A stretch of 63,135 nt of DNA, counting the filler, from Conidiobolus incongruus B7586 (Eukaryota), in the NCBI GenBank assembly GCA_000697335.1. It is 18 parts of 18 records of this genome, joined end to end, with 100 filler letters (N's around TTAATTAATTAA, not from the genome) between each part and the next. Parts side by side here need not be neighbours in the genome. Positions count along the whole stretch, not along the records: positions 1 to 5,168 come from JNEM01005271.1; positions 5,269 to 6,697 come from JNEM01005275.1; positions 6,798 to 17,205 come from JNEM01005277.1; 15 more parts are not named here. One strand, written 5' to 3'. Under the pieces are notes generated by a model. The model was not told where the DNA came from. It made no database searches and worked only from the letters and a program-made list of their open reading frames with translations. Below, one piece after another: positions 1-12,193 of the stretch. Each line of letters starts with the position of its first letter. Positions within the stretch are counted from its first letter, which is position 1. A program made the position numbers and the translations under genes.

Positions 1-429
1 TTTAATTATTTAAATTATATTTTATTAGAATATAAAATAATAATATTTTTAATAAAATTAGAAATAAATAATAAAATAATTAAATTTTAATGGAAATAAT
101 AATTCAAAAAAATTAATAATAATTAATTATGAAAAAGAAATTAATATAGAATTAAATAATTTTTTATTAGGATAAATTAAATTTAAAAAGTTTATTAGTA
201 TTTATTATAACAAACCCTATTAATTTAAAAAATTAATTTACAAAAAAATAGAAATATTAAGAAATATTAAATTAATCAGATATAATGATATCTCTTAAAT
301 ATATAATCTTAACTTATGTATTCTCTGTTAATCTGTTTTAATAAGATTTAAAATATTTGAATTCTAATTATTAATCATATAATTATAATTATATATATAT
401 ATATATATATAATTTTTTGCTAAAATAAT

Positions 430-1300
430 AAAATCATTCAAATAATAACACCTATAGTCTATATATCTTTTGAAAAGACTTGATAATGGAATTATAGTAA
501 TTATTGTGATATTACAATATAATAGACCAGGGTTTTTAAATAAAGCATATATATTAATAAAATATGAATTTAACTCAAATAAATTTTAATATGGTTATCA
601 AAATTTCATAATATATTTATATCACTACCAGAGATTATTTTTGTTACAAGTTACATTTTTAGGAGCAATTAGATTACTATATTGGGAATATAAATTGAAT
701 GAAAAAAAATACTATTGTTAATTGATATTTAATATTTTAAGAAAATGACTATTGGGCAAGAGTTGGAATTTTATCCATATTGATATTGAATATTGGAATA
801 AAGGATTTCTATTGGCTAATACTTTTGGATTTCATTTTATAGGCCAAAAAAACTGTTGTGGTAATAATTAAAATTAAATTCATTGATAAACTCATCATCT
901 CAACTCAAAAATCGTTATCATATAGATTGATATAAATTATTGCATTGATTATGTAACAAAGTTTTTCATAATGCTATTTTTATGTTCAAATTTAAAGCGT
1001 TGGAAAATGGACAAAATGTTGATAATTTATGTGATCATATTTATTCATTATATTGATATTAACTATGAAAATATCATTCATTTGAATATATTAGTTGGAT
1101 TGATGTATAAATTATGAAATTTCGATTTTACATTTATTCCATTTCAAATTATTTCAAATTATTTTATTTTTAGATGCATTGATGCAAAATAAATGTGTTA
1201 AAGTTGCAATCATCTGATTATTCTTGGTGGTTAGATGATTTTGTGTTGATATCATTTTAATGGTATGAAGATCTTTGATAAAGTGTAAATATCAATGCAT
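430..1300 (-). mobile_element. Possible LINE reverse-transcriptase relic
   Basis: Minus strand near 865-770 gives IT...YKMKS/KVLANR...QYG with a frameshift, resembling ISLLNxDYKIxSKxLANR...QxGF. Confidence 0.35.
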
Positions 1301-2388
1301 ATTAATGGATTATATTGTACTATTAATACATATTTATATTTAAAATCATAAAGTAATAATTACGAATAAATAAATAATATTAGAAATTTAAATTTTCTTA
1401 AAATGTAGAAATTTTATTTTTAACATTTTAGAAACATAAGTAGCTAAATTTTATTGGGTAAATCTCGATTAATTATAGTGAAAATTGTATTGAAAAAAAT
1501 CGATTTAATGTTTTATTGGGTTGGCATAATAACAATTGGCAAGCGTTCTGCATTACTGGCCAGAGTCATGGTAGTCAGGTTGCTGATCCCAGAGGTGGAT
1601 AGCACTTCCAGGACAAGTTGCACGAGCTGAGGCGCATAAATGAATAGCTGAGCTGCGAGCATGGTGTGCAGTGCTGAGGAATACGTCATAGTACGTGGGT
1701 CGACGGTGGCCAATTGGCCTGAATTCATTCAAGCCCAATAATTCAATCAAATATTGATAAAAATAGTTTCAAAACATATTAGTTTCTAACCATAATTTTT
1801 ATTGATTTCTCAGAGTAGAGCCATAGCTGGTGAGTATGGCTTTGGATGAGCATTCTACCAAAATTGTCATATTTCCTTTTGAGTGTTAGTGATAATCTAT
1901 GTCCTTTTTATTAGGATCTATAGGCTCACCAACGCAGCCATCCTCATGAGTTGTACAATACGGGTCCCAGGAAAGGCAAGGTTTTCAATAATCCTTGTCA
2001 ACTGGTTTTGACAAAGGATTCTCATTAACTTGATGTGGTATGACGGATTACCAAGTCGTCCAAATTGAGAAATAATCTTACAAATTTAATAAACGAATTC
2101 AAGTTGCGAGTTTAATGCTATTGGCTCATGATAATCTCCCCATTTCTTCGATTATAATGATTGAGGGAGAATTAATCTATTTTTGCTATTGGTTAAATGT
2201 GATATAATTTATAAATTTAGAATCATTAAGAAGGTAAAGTTTGACCAATGGTTGATAAACCTAAATTGGCTATGTTGTTTATGGATATATAAATATGATG
2301 AGTGCTTTACGATGAAGTATTGAAAGAAAAATTAATCAAATAATAAGTAATATATTTGTTTAAAAACTGTTAACATATAATTATAAAG

Positions 2389-3105
2389 ATGCCTAAGACT
2401 TGTGAATGTACTGGAAATACTACTGGCTGTAACTGCCAGCACGACTGTAAATGTGCTGCTAAGGTTAAGTGTTGCTGTGGCGATAGCTGCCAATGTGGCG
2501 CTAACTGCAACTGTGTTACTAAGCCTGACGGCTCTTGTGGTTGTGGCCCTCAAAGCTCTTGCTGCTCCAACAAAGCTTCAAAATGCTGCTGTGGCGATAG
2601 CTGCCAATGTGGCGCTAACTGCAATTGCGTTACTAAGGAAGATGGTTCCTGTGGATGTGGTCCTGAAAATTCTTGCAAATCTTCTTGCTCTTGCTGCTCT
2701 AAGAAAGAGTCAAAGTGCGCTGGTGCCAAGGCTGGCACTTGCTGCTGTGGCGATAACTGCAAATGTGGAGCTTCTTGTGACTGTTCCTCTGGCAGTGCTT
2801 GCTGCTCCAGCAAGGATGTAAAGTGTTGCGGTGGTAAGGATGGTTCCTGTGCATGTGGTGCCAACTGTAAGTGTTCTACTGGCTGCTGTGGAAGCACGGA
2901 GACCCCTTGCACTTGTGGAGAAAGCTGCCAATGCACCTCCAGAGCCGCTGCCCGTGCTCAAGGAGTTAAGTGCTGTGGAGGTAAGGATGGATCCTGTACT
3001 TGTGGTGACAGCTGCAAATGCCAAGCTGGCTGCTGCTCTAGCAGTAACAAAGAATGCACCTGTGGCCCCGCTTGTTCCTGCCCCTCCAAAGCTGCCAAAC
3101 AATAA
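2389..3105 (+). CDS. Large modular metallothionein-like protein (238 aa, about 64 Cys)
   Basis: Intronless ORF with about 27% Cys in CxC, CC and CCC motifs. No aromatic residues, no signal peptide, small G/S/K/A spacers, internal duplications. TATA-like TATATAAA near 2286. Confidence 0.85.
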   Translation: MPKTCECTGNTTGCNCQHDCKCAAKVKCCCGDSCQCGANCNCVTKPDGSCGCGPQSSCCSNKASKCCCGDSCQCGANCNCVTKEDGSCGCGPENSCKSSCSCCSKKESKCAGAKAGTCCCGDNCKCGASCDCSSGSACCSSKDVKCCGGKDGSCACGANCKCSTGCCGSTETPCTCGESCQCTSRAAARAQGVKCCGGKDGSCTCGDSCKCQAGCCSSSNKECTCGPACSCPSKAAKQ

Positions 3106-5168
3106 TCTCCTCTCCCAAAGGATGTTATAATATCATCCTATATACCAATATATATTACTACTCTTTTCATTTCACTTCCAAGCTGAGCACAATACAACTG
3201 AAAACTTATTTCATCTCTGAATATATTTTTCTAATATAAACCACAGTACATAACAACTTAAAATGATTGGATTTATCCATTTCGTCAATATATATTCGAT
3301 TTTAAAAACTTTGGTTGATCATTTCAAAATTTTAAGAACCAATTAATCAAACAATTTTGATTTATAATATTTATAATGTACGTTGTTAAGTCGCTATATG
3401 CAATAGTTAGAACTTCAATGATCTACTCTAGCTTACTATAGGTCAGTTAAATCCAGCCATACTTAACAAATTTCCATTATTCATATTTTTTCTTTTGTCA
3501 TTTAAAAACTTTATACAAATTAGTCAAAAATTAAAATCTTATAAAGATTTTATATGGTTATATAGTTTAACAGTTATATCTGTCTTTATCCATCACCTAC
3601 CATTTGTTACTATAATTTAATTGATTTATCCTTTATTATGATTAATATTATGGCTATGATGTAATAAATATAATCATTTGATAGAAATTTATTATTAGTA
3701 ACAGCTTTAATAATGAGAAAAACTCATTTGAATTTCCAATTTATATGATATATAATTGAACAATTTTTCAGATCAAATATTATATTTATTTTAATATATA
3801 TAAATATATAATCCATAAAATTTTGATAGTTCTAACCTTTAATAATATTCTGTTAAATAATAATTTTGTTATCTTTAATTTCGAACTTAAATTTAAAATT
3901 TTTATTAAATGATTTCATATTAGTTACATTAATTTTTGCACATTAACATAACACTTATGTTTTTATTGATATTTTATGTGGTGTTGTAATCAATAATATT
4001 TTATAAAACCCATTTGAATTCAAGGATATATGATGTTTTAGATTTATTTCAATTAACAAGATAATTAAATTTTAAAAAAAATATTTTTTGTTTTTTAAGT
4101 TCAAGTAAAATCATTAATTATTTTAAGTTGAATTTTTAAATAAAATCTGTTAATAAGATTATAAATATAATACACATCACAAAGACTTATTTTATATATA
4201 ATATATTCATTTAATCAAATCTATATGAGGTTAACTAATTCAAATGCAAAAATAAATGGATGTATTAAATTATAGTTTCCTTATTCAAGGTTAATCAATT
4301 ATTAAAATTTATCCATAAATAAAAAATCAATTAATTATTAAACCATTTGTTTGTAATTTTTTCAGCTCATTATGTCGCATAATCTTATTTATATTATAAT
4401 CAATAATTTATATTATATAATTTTAACCCTTTTTCATTATCATTTTTATTATTATTAAAATAAACTCTAAATCTTCGAGTATATAAAATTTATAAGTCAG
4501 TATTTATTAATTTAATAATTCAAATACTTTATTAAAATCTTATATCTTATATTCTAAGAAATCAAAATTACTATATTTCATTATACTTTTTATTTATATT
4601 ATAATATTAAATTTTATTATTATCTTTTATATTTCAATAGAATATTTATTCTTTATATATGATTATTTAAAAATTTGAAATAATGAGAGTATTTTATAAC
4701 TTGGTTTAATTGTCATTTCAATATAAAATTTAAATAATATCTACAAAATATTTAATCATTATTCTACTACATTATCAAAATTTCTGTTATATTCATAATA
4801 ATTCAAAATTATTTGTTAATAAATAATATAATTATAAATAAGAAGTATCAAATAAAATTATTTCAGGAATATTTTTTTAGATATATATTAATTAATTGAA
4901 TAATTTATCTATAAAAAATAGGTTATAATTTTGTCAAACTACTTGATATAAAGATTTTTATTAGAATATTAATTAAGTTATCATATACAGCTGTATTTTT
5001 AAATATATAATAATTATTAATTAAAATAATGATTATCCTTATTATATACAAAAAATTTTAATTTTAAAGAAGTATGTATATAAATCAGTAATATAGCTAT
5101 ATATTAAAAGATTTATCTCTAGGAATTAAATCGATCGAATACATATCATTTTTATTTTATTCATAATT

Positions 5169-5268
5169 NNNNNNNNNNNNNNNNNNNNNNNNNNNNNNNN
5201 NNNNNNNNNNNNTTAATTAATTAANNNNNNNNNNNNNNNNNNNNNNNNNNNNNNNNNNNNNNNNNNNN
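5169..5268. other. Artificial contig-joining spacer N44-TTAATTAATTAA-N44 (first of 17)
   Basis: Identical 100-nt spacers start at 5169, 6698, 17206, 18878, 22440, 24587, 26194, 38413, 39854, 41474, 49378, 51049, 52551, 55438, 58755, 60461 and 61823. The 12-mer places stops in all six frames. Confidence 0.98.
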
Positions 5269-5356
5269 ATAAATATTTAACTAAAATAAATGAATATCAA
5301 TAAAACAAATGAGAATAAATAATAAATTATATATATTTTTATGTATTTTCAATATA

Positions 5357-6673
5357 TTATTGTAGAAATTAAATAATGGCACAATTTTAATATTAAAATT
5401 AAATAATTAAATTATTAAATAATATATGAAAATTAATGAATAATATAAAATTAATAGCCTTTTTTATTATTAATAACTTTTTTCTATACCTTTAGTAAGC
5501 TTCTAATACTTAAAAACAATTCTTTTTATTAAAAACTGAAATTTAATTTTTAATGAACTAATTTAATTTGTTTGCAAGAATTTTTTTTTCTGTAAGTTAT
5601 TTTTTTAATTGTCTAAAACAATTATAATCATATGGGTTATAATTAGGTGAATATATTAGATATGGTAACTCCCTCTAATTTATTTTATATAAAAAATCTT
5701 TTATAGCTTTAGCTTTATATATTTTGCAATTATTATGCAAAATAATAAATATTTTTAATTTATAATAAGAACACCATTTAGAAATTGTTTTATTTAAAAA
5801 GATAATATATAACTTATTATTAATTAATTTTCCTTGAGGTATTAAATAAGAAAACTATATAACATTATAATCTATTATAATAATTAACATTTACTTATAT
5901 TAAAAGTACTTATTTATTAGAATTTATAGAGGGGATTAATTTAACTTAACTTAACATCTTGTTTTATTTTTAGGTAAAGTATTATATAAAAGACTCTAAG
6001 ATTCATCAATTATAAGTATTTGCTATAAAAACCTTTCTTTTTAGTTATACTTTAATAAGTTTAGTCTATCTATAGCTATTTTAATTTTTTATTAGGTTTT
6101 TGTTAAATTTTAAGATATCCATTTTATATTTTTATTAATTAATCCAAGTTTAAACTTAAGTAAATATAGCATGCTTATATAATTAATATTAAATTACTTT
6201 GATAGTTTTCTAACAGAAATAAAAGGGTATTTCTTAATATATTTTTTTATTTTACTAGTAAGTGAAAAAATGATAGTAGAAATTAGTCTTTTAAATATTG
6301 GTAAATTTTGAATAATATTCCTTCTAGCTATAAATTGCAAATTTAGTGATATATGGTAGTTTGGGATAAAGCATCATCTCCATAAGCTGTTTGCAAGTTT
6401 TGGATGATTTTAGAGGTTTATGGTTAAATTTTAAAGATATAAAAATAAAAGCCTTTTGATAATCATAATTTAATTTAAGTATAATTAAATTTAAGTATAA
6501 ATTTTAAAATCAAAATATTTTAATAAGAAAAATAATTAATATTGAATATATATATATAGTTTGAAAATATTTACTTTCCTATATACTATATATATAAATA
6601 TTCTTTCAAAATATATAATATATTTGGAAGATCAGAAATTAAAATATTTGCTATTTTTTAATTTCTATACTAA
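5357..6673 (-). mobile_element. Full-length, inactivated mariner (D34D) DNA transposon, copy A
   Basis: 1317 bp with imperfect ~35-bp TIRs (5357-5391 vs ~6637-6673) and TA on both flanks. Minus strand encodes KIIQNLQTAYGDDALSQTTIYH* (mariner HTH), KWI (WVP motif), ILIIDES* and LHNNCKIY...ELPYLIYSPNYNPYDY (HDNA...HPPYSPDLAPSDY) with exact D34D spacing. Many stops. Confidence 0.9.
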
Positions 6674-7928
6674 TATATATTGTTTTATTATCAATTTNNN
6701 NNNNNNNNNNNNNNNNNNNNNNNNNNNNNNNNNNNNNNNNNTTAATTAATTAANNNNNNNNNNNNNNNNNNNNNNNNNNNNNNNNNNNNNNNNNNNNTAA
6801 TAATTGGTATATAAAATTGTTTTTTAAACTATGCTTTTAATCAAATATCTATAAATCATATTTCAATTATTATATTAATAGTCCTATTATTCAATATACA
6901 AATTTCAATAAATATAAATATAATTTATTTGTATAAATATCTTAATTTTAAATATGATTCATATAGAATAAACTCACAAATCCCATAATGATTACTAAAA
7001 ACTACCTAAATTATAATTATATTCAAATATCCATTCAATAAATTTTCTCAATATTTATACTCAATCGTAGAATCAATTACTGGTTATTACCATTCTATTA
7101 TATTGATGACAAAACTGAGCTAAACTAAATTTTCTTTATTTGATTCAATACCAAAAAATTTATGATATTTATAAATTAGATTTAATTTTTTATTTTTCAA
7201 AAATATTTGGTAAGTGCAATAATATGCTGAAGCAAATATCTAAATTTATGATAGAATATATTTTAATATGGAACTATATCAAGTTTTTATTGAATCATAG
7301 TTCAAATCATTGATTTTTTAAATGTCTATATAATTTCCAAAAAATAAAATTATAATTTAATTTGAACATATTACTGATAAATTTTATTTTATTTCATTAA
7401 CTTATATCTTTTATTTTATTTCACTTAAATGCTTACGTATTTTGTTCAATATGTTCCAATTACAAATTACAAACAATTGTAAATAGATATAGCAACTAGT
7501 AATGTTTATGAAGATTTGAATATGTTATCATATTATTATTTTTATTGACTAAATGTATTAAAATATTCTAAGCTTTAAATGTTATATCTTTCATATAACA
7601 TGAAATTTCGTTGTGTAATCTATTTTTTCATTTGATTCAACCTATAATTCAGAAGAAAAATAAAAAATCATATAGATAATTAATTTATATCCAGTATTTA
7701 ATTGAATAAAAAAATCAGATAATAAATCTTGAGATAAGATAAGATTATCAATCCCATAAAATATTTTATTATTAGAATATCATTCTGAAATTTCTTATAA
7801 ATTGATTTCAATTGAAGTAAATGTTAAAATAACGAAATTTAATAGATTTTAAAAATACTATATTTACTTATTTATTACATGATATTGTAACAAAATAATA
7901 TATATAATTTAATACCGTATTGGAATAA

Positions 7929-9446
7929 ATGTTTATTATAAAGACGATATATTGTAAACATAGGATAAAAATTCCTAATTTTATAATACTAACCCATAAT
8001 ACGTCAAATGTTAAGAGGTTTAGTAGTTGTTTAAGGTATAAAGCTTCCGCTTCTGTGAATTTGAAATTAAAAATAGTTGAAGATGTCAATAGCACAACGT
8101 TATCTTCTAAACCCGATCTAACTAGATTAGCTCAATTTTTAAGATTTTTATTGAGAACGAATCGTCATCAGGAAGCTATGAAATTATGGTTATCGTTAAA
8201 TCGGTGTGAGTTGATAGTTGACCCCTTGACCAGTTGTGCACTATTCGCTAATCCCAATGATTACAATACAATTAAGCCTCATATAAGGGGTAAATATATG
8301 CGATATTCATCAATTCTAAACCATCATCCACTATTAAAGAATATTTCAAAATATGACAGAATTGACCAGAATTGGGCAGTATATTGCAAATTAAAGTCTA
8401 TGAGTTGGAAAGTTCATATACCCCTATACATGTACATAATCGCACAGCTCTGTCTCATCAGGGATGCTCCTTGGGAGATGCTTAGGCGGTATATTAATCA
8501 ACTGAAGACATGTGACGATTTTCCAAGCGAAAGGACGCATATACCAACACCACTCATTAATTCGTGGATACAGCTGTTGGTAAGTGTGAGGCGCTTTGAT
8601 ACAGTATCCCTACTCCTAGACGAACTCAAACCCAAATTCGATCTACGGACGTATCAACTTCTGATATACGCCCAATCGGATCTTAGCAGGACGCTGTTCC
8701 CTCAGTTTGATATGCTCACTCTGCTTGAGAGGCTCAAGGAGTCCAAATTTTGTGTGACGACACCCCTGGCCTCGCGAATCCTCAGCTATCTCCATATACA
8801 CAATCAACATTCTGAACTCCTTGATTGGACAGAGATCTTGTTAAATCGCAAAATATCATTACCCAAACTCACACTGAATAAAATTATCACAGAATTGAGT
8901 CAGCAGCAATACTACCATGTGATCTACCGCCTCTGGCATGTTTTAATGCCACACTCCGTCCAACTCAACAACCATCTTGTCACCACAATATTAAATGCAT
9001 TCAGTAAAGCTGACAACAGTTCCACAGACCCGATACTAACCAACATCATAACCATCCTCAAGCAGCAAAACATCAAGCTGTCCACAAGCATATTTAATGT
9101 ACTAATGAAATACCACAACCACAAAAATCAGCTGAATTTGACAGAATACTACTTCCAACAGATCCAAGCCAACCAATTTGGATACAATGTGCATAGCTAC
9201 AACCTCATGATTCAGCGATCCCTCAAGCTCAACGACCTCAACACCATTGACCACATCTACCAAATGTTACAAAACTCTCAAATTGAGCCCAACGATATCA
9301 CGTGGCTCGGTCTCTTGGAAGCATATTCTCGATTTGGCCACCAACAAAAATTAAAAGAATTAATTCAGCAAATCCCACGTCAACTAATCCAAAATAATCC
9401 CAGATTGATGGAAAAAAATGAATTAATTAACCAAATGCTTAATTAA
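7929..9446 (+). CDS. Pentatricopeptide-repeat (PPR) protein, probably mitochondrial
   Basis: 505-aa intronless ORF. C-terminal ~35-aa repeats such as LSTSIFNVLMKYH, YNVHSYNLMIQRS and PNDITWLGLLEAYSRFG. Basic N-terminus lacking acidic residues, resembling a presequence. Confidence 0.8.
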   Translation: MFIIKTIYCKHRIKIPNFIILTHNTSNVKRFSSCLRYKASASVNLKLKIVEDVNSTTLSSKPDLTRLAQFLRFLLRTNRHQEAMKLWLSLNRCELIVDPLTSCALFANPNDYNTIKPHIRGKYMRYSSILNHHPLLKNISKYDRIDQNWAVYCKLKSMSWKVHIPLYMYIIAQLCLIRDAPWEMLRRYINQLKTCDDFPSERTHIPTPLINSWIQLLVSVRRFDTVSLLLDELKPKFDLRTYQLLIYAQSDLSRTLFPQFDMLTLLERLKESKFCVTTPLASRILSYLHIHNQHSELLDWTEILLNRKISLPKLTLNKIITELSQQQYYHVIYRLWHVLMPHSVQLNNHLVTTILNAFSKADNSSTDPILTNIITILKQQNIKLSTSIFNVLMKYHNHKNQLNLTEYYFQQIQANQFGYNVHSYNLMIQRSLKLNDLNTIDHIYQMLQNSQIEPNDITWLGLLEAYSRFGHQQKLKELIQQIPRQLIQNNPRLMEKNELINQMLN

Positions 9447-10148
9447 TTAAACAAAATAAAATTTCTATTTGTATTATAAGTGATTTGATATTGAAACTTT
9501 TAAAAGTTATTTTTTATTCAATTATTAGTAATCTTACTATTATTTTGAGTGATTAATTAGTGTATTTTAATATTGTTAAAATAAATTATGACATTTCAAA
9601 AAGATTTGCTATATCTATAAATGGTAATAAATAGTTTGTAATTTATTTTTTTTAACTTAATATGAATCAAGGAATTATAAATATTTTTTTTATAGATCAT
9701 ATATTAAAATATAATATTTAATAATGAGAAATTGAATAATATTATTAACTGAAGAATTCATTTTTGATAAATATTCGATAAATATTTTTAATTCTAATAA
9801 TATTCTCTAATAAAAAAAATAATATTTTAATAGATAGAATTATATTATAAAGTAATTATCGATTTAAATTAATATATAGTTAATAATCTTATTATAAGTT
9901 TAATCACTTTTCTCAATATAATCGGTAATAATATTTTGACAATATAAGTTTGATTAAATAATCATATAAAAATTTCAAAAATTAAATATTTTAATTGTCC
10001 AAAATTAATTTCAAATTAAATTAATTTTAATAAATATTCCTATTTTATCTTTTAAAATGAATAATTATTAATATTTTTAAGTGTATTTGAAATTTAGTGT
10101 GGAATAAAATCTTGACCAAAATCAATTTAAAAATTCGCATTATTTTAT

Positions 10149-11223
10149 TTAAGATTGGCTAATTTCATCAGGTTTAATAACTGCAACAGCAGGTTGTCCT
10201 TTTATGGTACCTGATCTACTAAGATTTGCAGCAGTTTCAGCAGCCTCTAATCCAAAGGGATCCCTTATTGAGATAGGAGTCTCATCAGGAAGTAGATTTA
10301 AGTCAATGAGCCATTGGTTCACCTGATCTAAGATGAAAGTTTCGTGACCTCGCCAAAAGTGATCAGCTCTCTCGTGGTAAACCACCCTATAATTAGTACT
10401 GCGATCTAGGTCAAGCTCCTCCTCCAATCCTTCCAGCCATGAATCATAGGATCCTACAGAAGAAAACTGATCCTTAAAACTGTAGAGGATTAAGCAGGGT
10501 TGGCCAGATTCCGGATTTAATAAATTTTTCAAACTTTGGTGGAAGTTCTTGCCATTCCAAAGTGTCAACATCCATCTCACACCAATTGGGTAACTTATTA
10601 AAATTGTATAAAACTGTAAATTTGTGTTTTCCTTATTGAATTCACTTTGAACTATTGAAGAGGTGAGTATAGCTCCATAAGAGTATCCCTGTTATTAAAT
10701 TTATTAAAAAATATATTGTCTGTCAAATTAAATATATTTACCACAAGAATAACTTTATTAAAATTAGGAATAATTTTGACTACTTCAGGGTTGACAAAAT
10801 GAGTAGGATCTCCCGTTATAGTACGCACTAAAGTTTTTAAATCTTCAGCTTCTGCTTGGCCCGTATAAGTTGTGGACCCTTGGGATTGACCCGCACCTCT
10901 TTAAATACAATTCAAAAAAATGTTATTAAAAATATTGTAATAAAATTACCTGGAATTTAAGCAAATGGTAGAAAATTTATGACTAACAAAATAATCTTCT
11001 AATGCTACTATTACATGGTCGTCAAAAGTACCACCTAATAAAAACAAATGAATAACAATAAGTGTATTAGAAATAATCATTAAATACCTAAAGAAGCGTA
11101 AGGATGTGACAAAATTACAACGTATTCGGAATTTGGAATAATAGTAATTCTACACTCTAAAAATTTATTATCGTATTGAGATTTTAAAAATCCCGATTTA
11201 CATATTGGCAATTCATTAGACAT
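10149..11223 (-). CDS. Alpha/beta-hydrolase fold protein, 4 exons, about 305 aa
   Basis: Exons 11223-11088, 11034-10950, 10898-10742 and 10688-10149, with GT-AG introns of 53, 51 and 53 nt. Spliced product has SHPYASLGGTFDD, RGAGQSQG, nucleophile elbow GYSYG, DQF and DHFW (candidate Ser-Asp-His triad). Confidence 0.85.
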
Positions 11224-11445
11224 TATTATTATTTTATTATATTATATATTGATAGAATTAAAGAGTAAAGAAGTCAAAAGTTAAATGATTTATTTTTAGA
11301 CTTAATGATATTTGCAGAGTTATTTTTTATATTAGATTCTCGACTGTGAATGTTTTTATTGGCTAATATTTCAAAATTCCTCAGTTTTCATTTTAAATCA
11401 AATTTGAAATACCTTAAATGATAATTCGAGTGATGTGAATAGTAT

Positions 11446-11779
11446 TGTCACGGACCGGAGGACCTGTTCGCCCTTAACAGTTCAATTCGTTCACGAACCC
11501 CGTCATAGATCCACCTGCAATGTGACCACAAAATACACCCGAGCAATGCAATCAATCGTTCCATCCGACGTGCAACTCTTACGCTGGGAAAACACGTCAA
11601 ATAAACTACAAATATGCTGACTACAACCAAGTTGTCACGTCGGTCCCCTTCCCAGGGTACAGCCCAATAATCCAGGTTAAACGATAAATTACCCCTTTTA
11701 TATTACCAAACAGGCGCCGTCCCAGAAGACGACTATTTACTTAAAAGTTATTGGACACTTGACTTCCCAGCCAGTGTCA
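11446..11779 (+). mobile_element. Solo LTR (about 334 bp)
   Basis: GC-rich island starting TGTCAC and ending GTGTCA (imperfect terminal inverted repeat), flanked by GTAT on both sides (candidate TSD). Colinear similarity to 23137-23473. Confidence 0.6.
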
Positions 11780-12193
11780 GTATTTAGCATTTTCATGTCT
11801 ATCACATAGTGTTAATAAAATACCTTTTTAGAATGTATACCTAGATATTATATAATTTTAATATACAGATTTTAAAGAGTTATTGATACAAAATCTTATT
11901 ATATAATTAAATATATTTTAAGAATCAATTACTATATTTATTTAAAAAATATTCATTCGTTTTACTTAGATACCTAAATGTGTATTTTCGCCTCTATTAC
12001 CTATTCAAAATATCAACAAAACATTTTATAATTTCAAGTTTTCTCATAATATTCATCAAAAAAATTCTTATACATTTAGCAATTATATTTAATCCCATAA
12101 TTATTTTAGAAAATTTTATCCATTGGAGAATTAATTACAGTATCTGTAGTTGGTGAAGTTATCCTCCTTTATCTCCATATCACCGATTTCAAA

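Noticed and set aside
2332..3130. Overlapping alternative-frame and antisense ORFs over the metallothionein
   Set aside because: Shadow ORFs produced by repetitive TGY/GGY/GCY codons.
5213..5224. Regularly recurring TTAATTAATTAA palindrome as a CRISPR-like or biological repeat
   Set aside because: Always centred in exactly 44+44 Ns. It is a six-frame-stop assembly linker.
5357..6673. Organellar (mitochondrial) DNA or alternative genetic code as the explanation for the AT-rich, stop-ridden contigs
   Set aside because: They carry transposase motifs. The stops replace both Trp and Gln codons and vary between copies, and host genes end in standard TAA, TAG or TGA.
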